Shown: positions 49,821 to 62,864, numbered from the stretch's first letter. The stretch is DNA of 64,000 nt from Callorhinchus milii (GCF_018977255.1 NW_024704742.1:87174001-87238000); one strand, 5' to 3'. Notes: generated by a model not told the origin, from the letters alone. Translations and numbers: made by a program.

Positions 49821-52800
49821 GTTTTGTTTTTATATTTTGCTCCATCTGTTTTATTCTACGGTTAAAGATTCATAATACAAGAACCCCAGTAAACTAAGTT
49901 CAGTACAGAAATGAGAGACACCGACATGTGTTCCCCTCCCAGGTTTTATCAGACTGCCAGTGGGTGGGAACAGTCGCAATCAACTGCTTTGTATTGTGTA
50001 AATTCAAACTTGCGGTGGAGAAGTACAGCTTTGCTCCTAATTATAAATGAATGCGGTTTAGCTGGTATTTATAGTTAGCAATGAAATTATCCCAAGGGTC
50101 GTCATCTGTCAACCGACCATCAGCCAAATCAATAAAACAAATAAATAAACAACGAATATGATAGAAGCGGAGCAGGGACGTTTGTGGTTAGCCGGGGGGG
50201 GGGGTCTGCAGGTTAACCCAATTTCTCATGGACACATTCAGTGAGAGACGCTATATGATAAATTCCTGATATATATATTCTCTCACTGAACAATGTCTGG
50301 AGGCATTTGGCATTGACTGGACTCCTTGCGCTGGATAAACAAACTGCAAACAATGCACTTTCTTTCAAAATGTAATTTCAGTGGAATGAAGGTACCTTAT
50401 TTTGTCACCTAATAACATCAGAATTAATTAAAATGCAGAATATCAGTTACAGGTTGTTGAGAGCAAATTGAAATACCAGTGATTCGACTTAACGATAATT
50501 CCAGGCAAGTCTCGCTTTATCTTTGAAAGAGCGAATGAGATCTGCTGATGGTATTCCACATGGGATTTTTCAGGTTTTGCTCACACTCTTCTCCGTCGGT
50601 AGATTGGTTTAATGTTGCAATGACCACACGGTTTGTGAAGACATCAACGAAATGCTCACTTTAGGAAGATAAACCACAGATTAGCTGTCAGCTTTATAAA
50701 AAAAAATCAACCATAACATGTAATTGTGGCAAAGTATTTTGTGAATATGTGTGAAACGAGGAAGCGTGGAAATGGCACCTGTACCAACTGCTTAGCAAAG
50801 GACACCGTTGTGGTTAACTTATATTCCTGATCAGTGAAACATGACAAGCATAACTATTGCAAATATTCCATTTATATTATCAGAGGTTACTGAGCAACTC
50901 AGCTCTTTAATGTGCGTTTTATCAAAACAGTAACAATCGCTGTTTCGGTAAAATGGATTGATATCGTGTTCCTTTAACGAAGTTACCACGTAGACGATAA
51001 GCCATCAGGTTATATTTCAAACAGTTTATATTTTATTTGTGTTATACATATACTGTATGTATAGCATGTATATACAGTATGCATATATGCATACGGTAAA
51101 AAATGCACACTTTAAGGGGGAAATTCAATATCAACAACCCAGCCTACACAGTCACTACACGTTACAGTAAATCCCGCGAAGCGCTTTAAGACGCCGTCTG
51201 GATATGAAAGGCGCTTTGTCGAAATGCAAAGATATTTTTTTAATTACAAATCGTTCACTTTTTTCAACTGTGATATCTGAAGATAAACCCCTTGCGAAGG
51301 TGTGCACAACTGCATGAAAGCAATAAAAGAGATTAATAGTTGTAATCGTTCCCACTGTCCCTTATCATTACCTATATTTATGTCAAGGAAATATGTGAAT
51401 GTGCGGTTTACAGCTGTTTTACTCACTGTTAAAATCACCGAGTTGGATTTCTATTTCGCTGTATTTCGAGATGCATTTCTGATGTATTTCTGGGAAATAA
51501 ATTGACCGCACGTTTTGCTTTGTGAATCAACCAACAAACAGGTTTCCAAGTAACACTTTTTTAATGACACAAATCACAAAGAAGCCACGAATATTCATCT
51601 ACACGTGAAATGTGGGCGAACATTGTCTTTGCGGAGTCACTCACTCGTTTTATTCAGATAATTGTAAAATAATAATACTACAGTGATAATAACCCTTGCA
51701 TTTGAGATACAGCGCCTTATCACGTCGAGATGACTGAAAGCGCTTCACATGATATATGGACAGGTGGATTGACTGTGTATTTTGTGAGTGAAACTATGTA
51801 TTTCAACTCAACCTTTCTACAATATAAGATCTGGTCTCTAAGCCATCAATCATCACAAAGAATCGAAATACCAGTGCACCGGAGTGTCCACTTCAAGCAC
51901 CGACTGTGGTCACTGTAACTGCAGCAATGACTGAAGGGTCTGGAGGCAAAAACTTCCCGGAGACATCAGAACTGCTCACAACATGAGTTTTAAAGTCAGT
52001 GATTACTTTAGTGTGGGAATCGTCCCCCACCCTCTCGGGGCTTGGCCAAACATTGTGATTCGGGTCCTTAATGATTCTCTGAGCACAACACAGGACACGG
52101 ACTGATCAACTGTGCGCGTTCAAACGAATACATGCAATACATTCAACTGCACGAATAAAAGCAACGTTGCGTTTCCTTTTCAAATGGTGGATTCGGAAAG
52201 CGTTCCTCTCGCTGGGTTTCCGGGAGATCAGCGCCCAGTAGTGTTTGGATCCAACGCTCCCCATTCCTGGAGGCTTTTCTTTATTTCGTTCCCTCCAGTG
52301 ACATCCTTTGAAGCGATCGCTACTGTGCCGTTTCCTTTAACGTGATTCATATGCGGAATGGCCGGATTATAGACTCGTTAACACCTCTGCTCACACAGGC
52401 TGGGGGGGGGGGGGGGGGTTTCTATGACAATATCCAGGCTATTCGCTGTGTGGGGGTGTGTGTGTGGGGGTGGGGGGGGTGGGGGGGGTGGGGGGTGGGA
52501 GAGACCAGCAAATAGCATATATCACTCATCCCCTTAAACCTGTGCATTGCAGCTTTCACAATATGCACGCAGAGTGCAAAATAAAATGCCTTTTGCTGCA
52601 AGTGTGTCGGGCTGACTATTGCCAGATGGAGATGGAGACGCTGCCCACCGCGACACCAGAATAAATAATACTAATGTGTCTTTTTTTGATGCAAATTTAC
52701 CTCTCAGGCGTTAATGAACTTGTTTCTAACGCAGACTTCAATCGTGGGCTCGTAAGTGTATTTTCCGGTTCAAACAAAAACATAAATTATTCAACAGTTC

Positions 52801-54103
52801 GATCCAGAGACAAGATTTCCACACGAAAAAAGACCCACTAAATATATGAGATCGCTGTTCGCATTCAGTAACGCTTCCTTGCCAGCAGCGAAAATCACTT
52901 TGCACCTTATCCTAATTGATTTTTTTAAAAAAAACAGTAGATGTTAATGTGCAATTATAAATTGTTTAGCGTTTGCCCTCGCTGGCTGGCTGCACATTGG
53001 ATATGCATGTGTTTGTTTTATATATATATATATATATGCACTCACACTGTTTTTTCCCCAGTAAGACAGCGAGCACCGATTTCATCCTAAAACAAAAGCG
53101 GCTGCTTCCCTCTTTTCTAGCGGATGATAACACTTGCGGGTTTCAGTCTACTTTGCCCGAATATTCTCGGAGAAGGCGAGATCCCTTACCTTTCCTTGCG
53201 ATCAAGTGCAGCCTTTCCTTCCCTGGGATGTGCGTTCAGTCGAATCGTCTTGGCTGAATCCAACCAGGACACTTTGCATTCACTGCACGGTATTAATCGT
53301 CATGCCGTTAGGTACCACTCGAGGAAGTGTTTAACATCAGAAAGGCAGCAGATCAGACCCACGCCGGAGGTGCGGAAATCCATTTAGTCTAAGCCTCTAC
53401 TCGACTCTTGACTTCTTATTTAAGATCGGTCAGAATTGCCAAAAAAAACATTTCAAATCCATTCTTAATTTGGAAACCGTTTTCCTCCCGAAGCTCTTGC
53501 AAGAAATGCAGCCGCCCCCCAAATTAAGACTGGACTGCAGAGCTGTTCACAATTCTGAGCAAACGTGAGTGTTCAGGCAACAAAAGGGGCATTCATTCTC
53601 ACAGTGGCATTCAGGAATTTGTAACAGGTTTTACCAGGGAATTTGTTTGTAAAGTGAGATCCTAACACAAAGGTACAAAGTCTGTTCAGATCAAGATTCA
53701 AGTATAACAGCCTCGTTTAAACACTTCACCTTACCACAAGCGACTGCACATGCACTTGTGTGCATTAACCCCCCCACAAAATATACACAATCAAATCACT
53801 TTGTAGTACAGCGTGAAGCGCTTTGAGATGCCTCGACTACTTGATAAGGCTCTGTGTCAAATGCAAGGATTATTATTATTATTGGATTTGATGGAGGGAG
53901 TTTTTAATATACATGTCCCATTACATGTTATTGCCCGACACACGTGGGGGGGGGGGGGGGGGGGGAAGGGGGGGGACAGAGAAAGAATTTGTTTACAATA
54001 TATCGAATTAGACATCATATCACTTTTAAAAAAAAATACATAAGTGTTACTCCCCAAATATTGACTAGTATTCCTCTAGGTTTGCATCAATTGCATCTCC
54101 ACA

Positions 54104-54173
54104 CTGCTCCCCATCCCCATCCTGCTCCCCATCCCCATCCTGCTCCCCATCCCCATCCTGCTCCCCATCCCCA
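54104..54173. repeat. 18-bp minisatellite (ctgctccccatccccatc), nearly 4 copies
   Basis: Directly visible tandem units. Confidence 0.92.
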
Positions 54174-54395
54174 CTTTCCAATCTCCATTCCTCAATAATA
54201 ATAATAATAATAATAATAATTGCATTTGGCTATTGCGCAAATGTCATGTCGGAAGGACATCTGAACCCCACTCCCCACATTCCCGTTTCCTATCTCAGCC
54301 TTTGTTTATTTCTGTGTGAGACAGACAGACCCTGAGACCACCCCCCCGACACCTGTAAACCTTACCTTCAAACCTGAGGCAGACCCCCGCCGCTC

Positions 54396-54431
54396 GGCGC
54401 ATGCGCCCTGTCAGTGGGCCGAGCCTATAAG
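54396..54431 (+). promoter_or_regulatory. Putative FoxD5 core promoter: NRF1-like palindrome GGCGCATGCGCC (54396-54407) and TATA-like TATAAG (54426-54431)
   Basis: The motifs sit at the start of a CpG-rich segment, with no ATG between them and the FoxD5 start codon. Confidence 0.55.
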
Positions 54432-54627
54432 TGCCGGAGCCGCAGCGCTGCGCTGTGTGTCCCCGGGACACGGCGGTCACTGAGCACAGCGCCGGGAGTC
54501 ACTCACCCGCTCTCACCCACTCCCACTGCCCAGAGTGTCAGCATCACCGTCCGGGGGGACGGGCACTCCGCCGCCTCCACTCATCAGCAGAAGAGAAGCA
54601 GAGTCTTATCGAAGTGGATTTTGCCCC

Positions 54628-55129
54628 TGTGTGTGGGGGGGTGTGGGAAGGGTGTGTGGGAAGGGGGTGTGTGGGAAGGGTGTGTGTGTGGGGCGTGTGT
54701 GGGGGGGTGGGGGGTGTGCGAGGGGTGTGTGTGTGTGGGGGGGTGTGTGTGTGGGGGTGTGTGTGGGGGTGTGTGGGGGTGTGGGGTGTGGGTGTGTGTG
54801 TGTGGGGGGGGGAGGGTGTGTGGGGGAGGGGTGTGGGAGGGGGTGTGGGTGGGAGTGTGGGTGTGGGTGTGTGTGGGTGGGAGTGGGTGTGTGTGGGGGT
54901 GTGGGGTGTGTGTGGGGGGGTGTGGGGGGTGTTGGAGTGGGTGTGTGTGGGTGTGTGTGTGTGGGGGGGGAGGGGTGTGGGAGGGGGTGTGGGTGTGTGT
55001 GGGTGGGAGTGGGTGTGTGTGGGGGTGTGGGGTGTGTGTGGGGGGGTGTGGGGGGTGTTGGAGTGGGTGTGTGTGGGGGTGTGTGTGGTGTGGGTGTGTG
55101 TGTGGGAGGGGGGTGGGAAGGTGGGGGTG
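54628..55129 (+). repeat. ~500-bp G/T-rich low-complexity repeat (GT dinucleotides mixed with G-runs)
   Basis: Directly visible; contains an internal ~90-bp duplication. Confidence 0.92.
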
Positions 55130-55140
55130 AGAGGCCCTCA

Positions 55141-56253
55141 ATGACACTGTGTGGAGATCTGAGCAGCGGCGGCCAACAACAACAACAACAGCAGATGGGG
55201 GCTCCCGAGGAAGCGCTGATCGACATTCTTGGGCATGAGGACGGGGAGCGGGAGGAAGAGGAGGGGAGGGAGTGGCAGCAGAGGCGGGGGCTGTGTTTGG
55301 TGAGCGCCAGAGGGGAGCGGGGGGTCCCGGAGCCCGAGTCTGAGAGCGACCAGAAGAAGCCCCACGCGAACCTGGTGAAGCCGCCTTACTCCTACATCGC
55401 CCTGATCACCATGGCCATCCTGCAGAGTCCGCACAAGAAGCTGACCCTCAGCGGCATCTGCGAGTTCATCAGCGGCCGCTTCCCCTACTACCGGGAGAAG
55501 TTCCCCGCCTGGCAGAACTCCATCAGGCACAACCTGTCCCTCAACGACTGCTTCATCAAGATCCCCCGGGAGCCGGGCAACCCCGGCAAGGGCAACTACT
55601 GGAGCCTGGACCCCGCCTCGGAGGACATGTTCGACAACGGCAGCTTTCTGCGTAGGAGGAAGAGGTTCAAGAGACACCATCACCATCACCACGAAGCAGA
55701 GTTTGTGAAGGATCGGGGAGGGTTGATGTTCTACCATAACCTCACTTGCACTTACAGACCTTACGGTCGCCCTTACCTCCTGCACCCGCAAGCGCTGGTG
55801 CAGCCCCCGCCTCATTTCAGCTACCTGGCCGCCCCCGAGGTCGCTGGCAGCATCTCCCCCCTGCCCCAGGCTCGCCCCCAGCCCAGGAAGATCCCCCTCC
55901 CGCAGCCCCGAGGCGCCTCTCTGCAGATCCAGCTCCACACCCTCAGCTCCAAGAGTGCCTCCAGCACCGCCACCGCCAACACCACCACCACCAACAACAA
56001 CAACATCAACAACCGATCCTCATTCAGCATCGAAAACCTCATCGGCAGCTCCCAGGCCACGCCGGGGTCACCTCTGCCCTGCTCCAACTCCCAGATCCAG
56101 GCCACTTACTGCAACCTGCTCCAGCGGTCAGCCCCCTGCTTGCTCTCCACCGTGTTGAACATGTCCACGAGAACTGTGTACAGCCCGGGCAGCGCTCCTC
56201 TGATCGGGACCTTTTCAAGCAGGCAACAGCTTCCTCTGTGCTACCCACCGTGA
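55141..56253 (+). CDS. foxd5: Forkhead box D5 / D4-like transcription factor, single coding exon, 370 aa
   Basis: MTL start; IDIL motif in the acidic region; forkhead domain [33 protein letters not shown]...[22 protein letters not shown]; eh1 motif FSIENLI; C-terminal [16 protein letters not shown] resembling amphibian FoxD4L1/D5; located between PGM5 and CBWD. Confidence 0.93.
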   Translation: MTLCGDLSSGGQQQQQQQMGAPEEALIDILGHEDGEREEEEGREWQQRRGLCLVSARGERGVPEPESESDQKKPHANLVKPPYSYIALITMAILQSPHKKLTLSGICEFISGRFPYYREKFPAWQNSIRHNLSLNDCFIKIPREPGNPGKGNYWSLDPASEDMFDNGSFLRRRKRFKRHHHHHHEAEFVKDRGGLMFYHNLTCTYRPYGRPYLLHPQALVQPPPHFSYLAAPEVAGSISPLPQARPQPRKIPLPQPRGASLQIQLHTLSSKSASSTATANTTTTNNNNINNRSSFSIENLIGSSQATPGSPLPCSNSQIQATYCNLLQRSAPCLLSTVLNMSTRTVYSPGSAPLIGTFSSRQQLPLCYPP

Positions 56254-56373
56254 TCAGAAGCCCCCGTTGCCTTGCTGACCCGTCCACCCCTCCCTGCAAT
56301 CAGCCCCTTCCCCACAGCCACATCCAGGGTTTAGGTACATCGTCCCCGAGTACTGTGTCACCAGAACCTTCCC

Positions 56374-56455
56374 CATTCATTCATTCACTCATTCACTCAT
56401 TTAATTAATTAATTAATTCATTCATTCATTCATTCATTCATTCAATTCATTCATT
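56374..56455 (+). repeat. (TTCA)n/(TTAA)n microsatellite in the presumed FoxD5 3' UTR
   Basis: Directly visible. Confidence 0.9.
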
Positions 56456-57228
56456 CTACGCTTCAATTCGGTTCCGATCGCTCCTTTGCTCACCCTTTAG
56501 ATGTGCTCACCCCTCACACGTTTTCCTGTCATTTTCAATCCCAAGAGTTGCTGAGTTTTGGCAGTTTTTAAAAACAGAGAGAGACGGAATTTCTCGCCCC
56601 TCAACACGTGTGTTCAAACTGTGTGCGTCTCAAACGATCGATCAAAGCAAAATGGGACATCAAAACGGTGCAGAGAGAATGTTGTAATAGTGCGTTTGGA
56701 AGCAAAGGTGTGCAATATCAGCCCAGTATCATCACTCTGCAGTGTGAGGGATGGATCACAGCTCACGTACTGACAAAGGCACTCAAAACTGGAAGGTGTA
56801 CATGGCAGTAAATACTTGTTATGATTAATATATATATATGTATATAAAGAAAGCAGACTAACATTCATGTTCAATGAACCAGGCGAGCATTGTTAAGCAA
56901 TAATGAACATACTGAATCGTGGCTGTTGCATGGTTAGTTTCCCTTCTATTTATCCCATGTTGAAGAGTATTTTGGTTTTCGCCACACTAGCATTGTTTTT
57001 TAACGAATAAGAAATCAATTAAATATAAATATATATATATAGGTATTACAAGCGAATGATCCTTGTCCCATTATTGTCTGTCTTGTTTCGTTGTGCTGAT
57101 GTTAATAGGAAGGCGGAAGAGAAACGAAGGAATTGTACTCACTTCCCGATTACAATAAGTGGATGGATTCATCGAGATATAAACGTGTGTCTGTCGGTTT
57201 GTGCGTTAGGAGATCGGAACTACGTGTA

Positions 57229-57234
57229 AATAAA
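57229..57234 (+). terminator. Candidate FoxD5 polyadenylation signal (AATAAA; alternative ATTAAA at 57018-57023)
   Basis: First AATAAA I see after the stop codon, with T/GT-rich sequence downstream. Confidence 0.4.
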
Positions 57235-60200
57235 ATGTGCTTTATTGAGAACTATTTATAAGAAAAATGACTGTTGTGATTGACGAATTTCTGTTCCTTG
57301 CCGATGGCGTAAAATAATAATTTATTGGTGTTTATGACTTGAAAATAACGCGCTGTTTTTCTTTCTCACAGATATTGTTCATCTCTGGTATTTTGTTGTT
57401 CTGTGTATGAAATCCTTAGCATTTTCATTGCAACGTTTAACCTTCAATATTCCAATAAAACATGCTCAGTGTTTCCTGTATATTGGTTTGATGCAGTCAT
57501 ATTTTTTTNGCATACAGTCGATTTTCCAGAGTTCTCACTATTTTTGCAACATTTCCCCCCACAAACCAAAGCAGAAAGGAATCTATCTCATCCTTTCAGC
57601 GAGTCCGAGATGGTGTTTTACCCGAATTAACAGTTTGTTTACAGTATTTGGCTTTTAACAGAAGGACAATAAATATTGCAACTATATTCAAAGCCCACTT
57701 TTCCCTCTCGCATCGATGAATTTTTGTTTTAAAAAATCTTCATGATATAAAGTCATTGGCAATACATCGCCAAATCAGCCATCGTTTATTATCTCTGAAG
57801 AATTTCAGCTTAACATTAAGAACATAAGAATTGCTAGATGAAAGACCAAGGCCAAACAGTTCCCCTTCCACTATCCTGGCAGTCCCTTGCACATGTGATG
57901 GTCCAATTATATACAGTATCCCACAATATTAGTCTTTTAAACAATTTGGTTTTGAAAGAATTGACACTTTCTGCTTCCACCATCTCTGTTTGGAGCCTTT
58001 TCCATACATTAATAATAATAATGATAATAATAATAAATTTACTACTAGCTCACTGAAATAGTGTTTCCATAGATTTGTTTTTAATTTACCCCACTTCAAA
58101 CGCAGGTCATATCCTTTGGTTCCACTGTTCTACTATAGAAATAAAAGGTAAAGGCATATTATACTTATTTAACGAATGTTACATTTATTTGAATAGAATA
58201 CTCTATGAAAATGCTTCGAGATATTTGCCCCATATTTTTTCACTTTTATCTTTGGCCAAAATAAACTAAAGAGTAAACGCAACATGAATAGAAGTTGGAG
58301 AACGACTGGTCACTAAAGCATTTTACATCAAAATGTGAACAGTAAATGAACGGTGTGTTTTTTTAAAAAAGGAAATGTGTACAAATTGAAATCTGGTCTC
58401 TCGAACGCCAATTACAGCTGTTTGCGAATAGAGGATTTAATATATATATATATACATATGCATAAAAAATAATAAAATATATAAAAAATATGTTTCATTT
58501 AAATATTACAAATAATTAAATCAAACAAAGGACTAACAAGAGAAGTGAGAATGTCACAAACCCTAAAGTACAGCTACTTTGGCTAACCTTCACTGTGGAA
58601 AAGGTTACCCAGCTCACCCAGTGAACTTGCTTTGCTCGTTTTTATTAATAGGAGCGTTATTCTACATTGCCTTGCCATCCGTTTATGCACAAGATTTCAT
58701 TATTCATGAAGATTACAAGTTAATATATAAAACACACAAGGAAGCATTGCCTTTTTAAACTCAGTTAACAAGTCTAATATTGTAATAATAATTGTAATGC
58801 ACACTGTTGCTGTCTCAGGTGTGATTGCATGGCCACTTCCTGACTTCAGCATTGTCAATATCACTGTTTAATCTATTACAAGTACTTCCCCTCAAGGCAA
58901 TCGCACAACACAACAATTTAAATACTATTGTTTTTATTGCTCTGTGCTGCAACGCTCCAGGGAATTTCGTGTTTTCCTATTACTTTTGATGATTCTTTTC
59001 CCAAGTGTCAATTTAGTTATTCACGGGATTAAAGGGAAGTACTGAAGGTGAGACGTTGTATTTACTAACCTGTGCAAAGACATTGAAACATTGTGCGCTC
59101 GAATCTTATTCCAATTCACAGTGTAGAGCCACAACCCCACTAATACTAGAATGTACATACAGCAATTTGGATACAGGCGGATTATGTTATGTACAGTAGA
59201 TAAGGATAAATAAAATAAACCAGATTTTCATTCAAATTTACAACAATCAAAGAGGCTAATGGAAAGCTTGGCTTTGTGAAAAGGAGTCTGGAATATATGA
59301 ACAGGGAAGTGTATTTCTCCTACGGATGTATAAAGGCCTTATCGAACCTCATGACATGATAAAATAGTTTGATTGGGCAAATTACCTACTTGTGTTCCTC
59401 GGGTTCAAAAGGGAGATTTAAATAGCATCAACTTTAACATGCGGAACATTGCCATGCATTTTTTTTACATTAACATTGAGAAAAGAGACAATTTCACTTA
59501 CAAATTCCATAGACTTTACCTTAAGCTTGTTTTTGACTAACTTTATAAGTCAGAACTTTTCTTCTACCCCAAAAAGGTGTCAGCAAAGGATCTATCCTCA
59601 CTGCACCGTTTTGACTTGTTTTCCTGGTGACCCTCTCTGCAATGAGGGACCGAATGTGTAGCTGTTAGTTGGTTAGACTTGTGGTGAGCAATCAAAATTT
59701 AATGTGGGCTGAGAAACCAATCAAGCACATTTCACAGAGGAGTCGCACAACTGCTAGAGAAAAGAAACTCTCAATCCGTGAATGTGAGCTGGATTCAAAC
59801 CCAAACCTCGAAGAGTAAACACACCAAACTATCTGAGGCTTCAGGGTGAGCACCACTGATCAGATTCACCTTAGTGAAAGAGAACTGTGTAAAGCAATGA
59901 CCAAACCATGGCAGTGCCCCTCAGGCCATCAAAAAACTTCTCCCCCACAACATTCCCACTAGTCTAGGTAAGTCCGTATTCAATCAACATTGTGTTTCCA
60001 GGGTTTTCTTGATTGAATGTCTTTATTTATGGCATAAGTCAATAAATTAATCAAGAGAATGTATTTTGTTGGTCGACCAAAAAGTTTGTCCGCCACTGAG
60101 ATAAACCTGCTCTCTCGTGAGATTGGGTAGAACAACATATTGCGCTCTGCTTTTCATGCAATAATGTAATGGTTCCTGTGCCACTCTCATCAGTGAGTTG

Positions 60201-61314
60201 GCAGATGTTTAGTCTCCTTATAACTCACTTGCATATATACACACACCAGAAGAAGAATTGCAAATTAAACATATTTTATTAAAGAAACATGCAAGAACAA
60301 GTGCATTTATTACAAAGAAACTGTTCAATTGAAACCCAACCACCATCACACAAACACAATGTCAGATTGTACAAACAAGTCAGATTGTTTGTTCCTCTAT
60401 GTTCTTATGTCAAGTATTCAAAAATAGACTTTAAAGTCTTTAAAGGAATCTGGGGAATATGCCTCTAGCCTGAAAATTGTATGACTTGTCTGGTTAACGG
60501 GCAATTGATCAAACATATGCTAAGTATAACGTGATTCACGGTACTGTAGTTTGAAAGCAAATGTAGTACCTTTCTACCATAATAAATTTGGATTTATAAA
60601 AGGTTCAGATTTATAGGTTAGTCCCGTAATAGTTCTAGCACTAACCTAAATGCTTGGTTTTGCCCTCTTATACAACAACAATTTGCATTTATATAGCGCC
60701 CTTCACTCGTGGTAACATCCGAGAGCGTTTATGCTCCCAATTTGCTTACGTTCAAAGCTTTGCTTCTCCACTAATTAAATGTTAACACCAAAAAAAATGA
60801 TTTTAAAAGCCTCAGTCCTGCAAACTTCCTGGTAGGATAACTAATAACTAACTAACTAATGCATAAAATCACACAAAAAGACAATCAGAACAGAAAATGT
60901 TCAGAACAGCTAAATAGTGGATATGTCCATTCCCACTACATTTAAGGCGGCATCTTATAATTATTAATAATCCTTGCATTTGATATGGCACCTATCCCCA
61001 TCAGTAGGACATCTCAAAGCACTTCACAGAATTTACTGTAAAGTGCAGTGACTACTTTTGTTGGCAAGTGCAGCAGCTAAATTGCAAGTCTTAAGTATAT
61101 ACTGCTCTCTCTAATCCTAGTTTTCAGCAGATGAAGAGACTTTTTTGAACATTTAGATAAAAAAATACATTGTGATTTTGATCACAAATTAAGTTTGTAA
61201 TACTTTCCTGCATTATAGCTTTTGACTACAAACCAGAGTTGTAATCAAATGTAATTTTGTTGTTGTAGTTACAAGCTTTATAAGACTAGCAATTCAGTGT
61301 TTTAGAACTCCATC

Positions 61315-61530
61315 CCATAATCGCCTCACCTTGCTCCCTCTCTTGCCTCCTTCAAAGCAAGACTCAAGACCCTCCTTTTCGACCTTGCCTTCAGCCACCC
61401 TCCTACCCCCTCTGCCCTCCCTCATCCCAACCCTGCCCCCCACGCTGGGATCCTGATCCCTGAATATTCAATGCCTTGGGACATACTCCCGACATGAAAG
61501 GCCCTTTACAAATGTAATTTTGTTGTTGTA
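61315..61530 (+). mobile_element. L2 3'-end fragment
   Basis: gcctccttcaaagcaagactcaagaccctccttttcgac..gccttgggac..tgaaaggcc..ttgttgttg. Confidence 0.72.
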
Positions 61531-61600
61531 TTGACAGGCTTTTACTCCAGGTTTAAAAATGCAAATAGGGGATAATTTTCAGACAGTCAAAGCAATATGA

Positions 61601-61606
61601 TTTATT
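61601..61606 (-). terminator. Candidate CBWD/ZNG1 polyadenylation signal (alternatives at 60275-60280 and 60306-60311)
   Basis: tttatt on the plus strand (AATAAA on minus), about 1 kb past the CBWD stop. Confidence 0.35.
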
Positions 61607-62632
61607 AATAAAATTGTACTCCAAGGTGAAACTCTACAAAACACAATGATACATATTCAAAGCAGCAAACCTCAACTGCGATCGGCAGTGGTTGCCAGAA
61701 CACCTTTTGGAGAAAAGTGACAATAGTCACTTCCATTTGTTGTATCCTTCAATTTCATTCAAATTAACCATGATTGGTGTTCTCTCCATCTCTGTTGTTA
61801 GTTTTCACCTTGTCACTGTTCTTTTTCTCTTTGCAAGCTGCTGAAAGGATGCACCTTCCTCCAGCTGGAAGAACAAGACACACAGAACTCCCATTGGCAT
61901 CCTTCCAGGCACAACCACAAAATTCCTCAGTGAGATCCTCGGGCCTTCAATTTTGCCTGGTCCTAATCTTAAAACCATGGTTTCAAAAGTTCAAATCATG
62001 TAGAATTTTGGAGAATTCTTAGCTTTAATCTTAATTTTGGAAACCATTTTTCTGCAGGGTTTTGTTAGCAGGGAAAAACGCTTCCGAATTAAAATTGAAT
62101 TTAGCTAAATCAGAGTATTGACATGTCATGAGCTGGTGCAGAGGCCAGCTAATTCTCCTTAAAGAAGTTCAGAAAAGTAAAGAAAGCGATTCCCAAGGCT
62201 GCTTAAACCAACACACACGCTGGAAGGATCACTGAACTGAAATCATAATCGTGGAACCCTGGATCACTAGCCAAGTGCAATGGCATCCAATTAGGGCACT
62301 CCCATCTTCTTTTGCAGACCAACATAAATTTCAAGCATTCCCATTAAAATATATTAACTTTGTTTTAAGTCAAAGTCCTGCTTTGTGTTAGAAACATGAA
62401 AGTTCTAGGGTAGTTGCTCTCTTTCTGAAAGATTTAATGAAGGGAAAATATAACCTTGTCCAAATTACATAATTATGAAATTCAGAGCCCAGAGCATGCT
62501 ACTCTACAGCTAGAGCAGGAGACATAGTGATGATGTGCAGACTAATGGGGATAATGGAGAGAGAAAAAAATAATTTTCACAAGTATCAGAAGTTGAATTG
62601 AATTTGTGTCTTTTAATGTTTCATTCTTATTC

Positions 62633-62706
62633 TCAGCTGGACTCTCCTGGTTTTATTACAGCAGCAGAAAAACATTTTTCTAGAATTTCTTTATCCAAGT
62701 TTCTAC
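62633..62706 (-). CDS. ZNG1: Last coding exon of the COBW-domain protein / Zn-regulated GTPase metalloprotein activator 1: (G)RNLDKEILEKCFSAAVIKPGESS*
   Basis: Manual translation. Polypyrimidine acceptor tttctcttcacag|GT AGA AAC; matches the recalled human CBWD C-terminus GRNLDKDILKQLF; expected syntenic position. Confidence 0.85.
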
Positions 62707-62864
62707 CTGTGAAGAGAAATCCAGAACAGTACACAGTGTAAGTAAATCACTCCCACATGTGAATAATGTGTCATGTCAATGAGAAAACAAAAATCATGAA
62801 TAATGAATATAAAGAGAGAGGATTTACCTAGTATATCAATCTCCATTACAAAAGATTGTTGTGT

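Noticed and set aside
54414..55226. G/V/C/W-rich and H/P/T-rich ORFs, and the first ~200 aa of the 572-aa ORF
   Set aside because: Artefacts of a stop-free G/T repeat with non-ATG starts; FoxD homology begins at ATG 55141.
55138..56408. Antisense and alternative-frame ORFs over FoxD5
   Set aside because: Expected shadows of a GC-rich coding sequence, with no recognisable domains.
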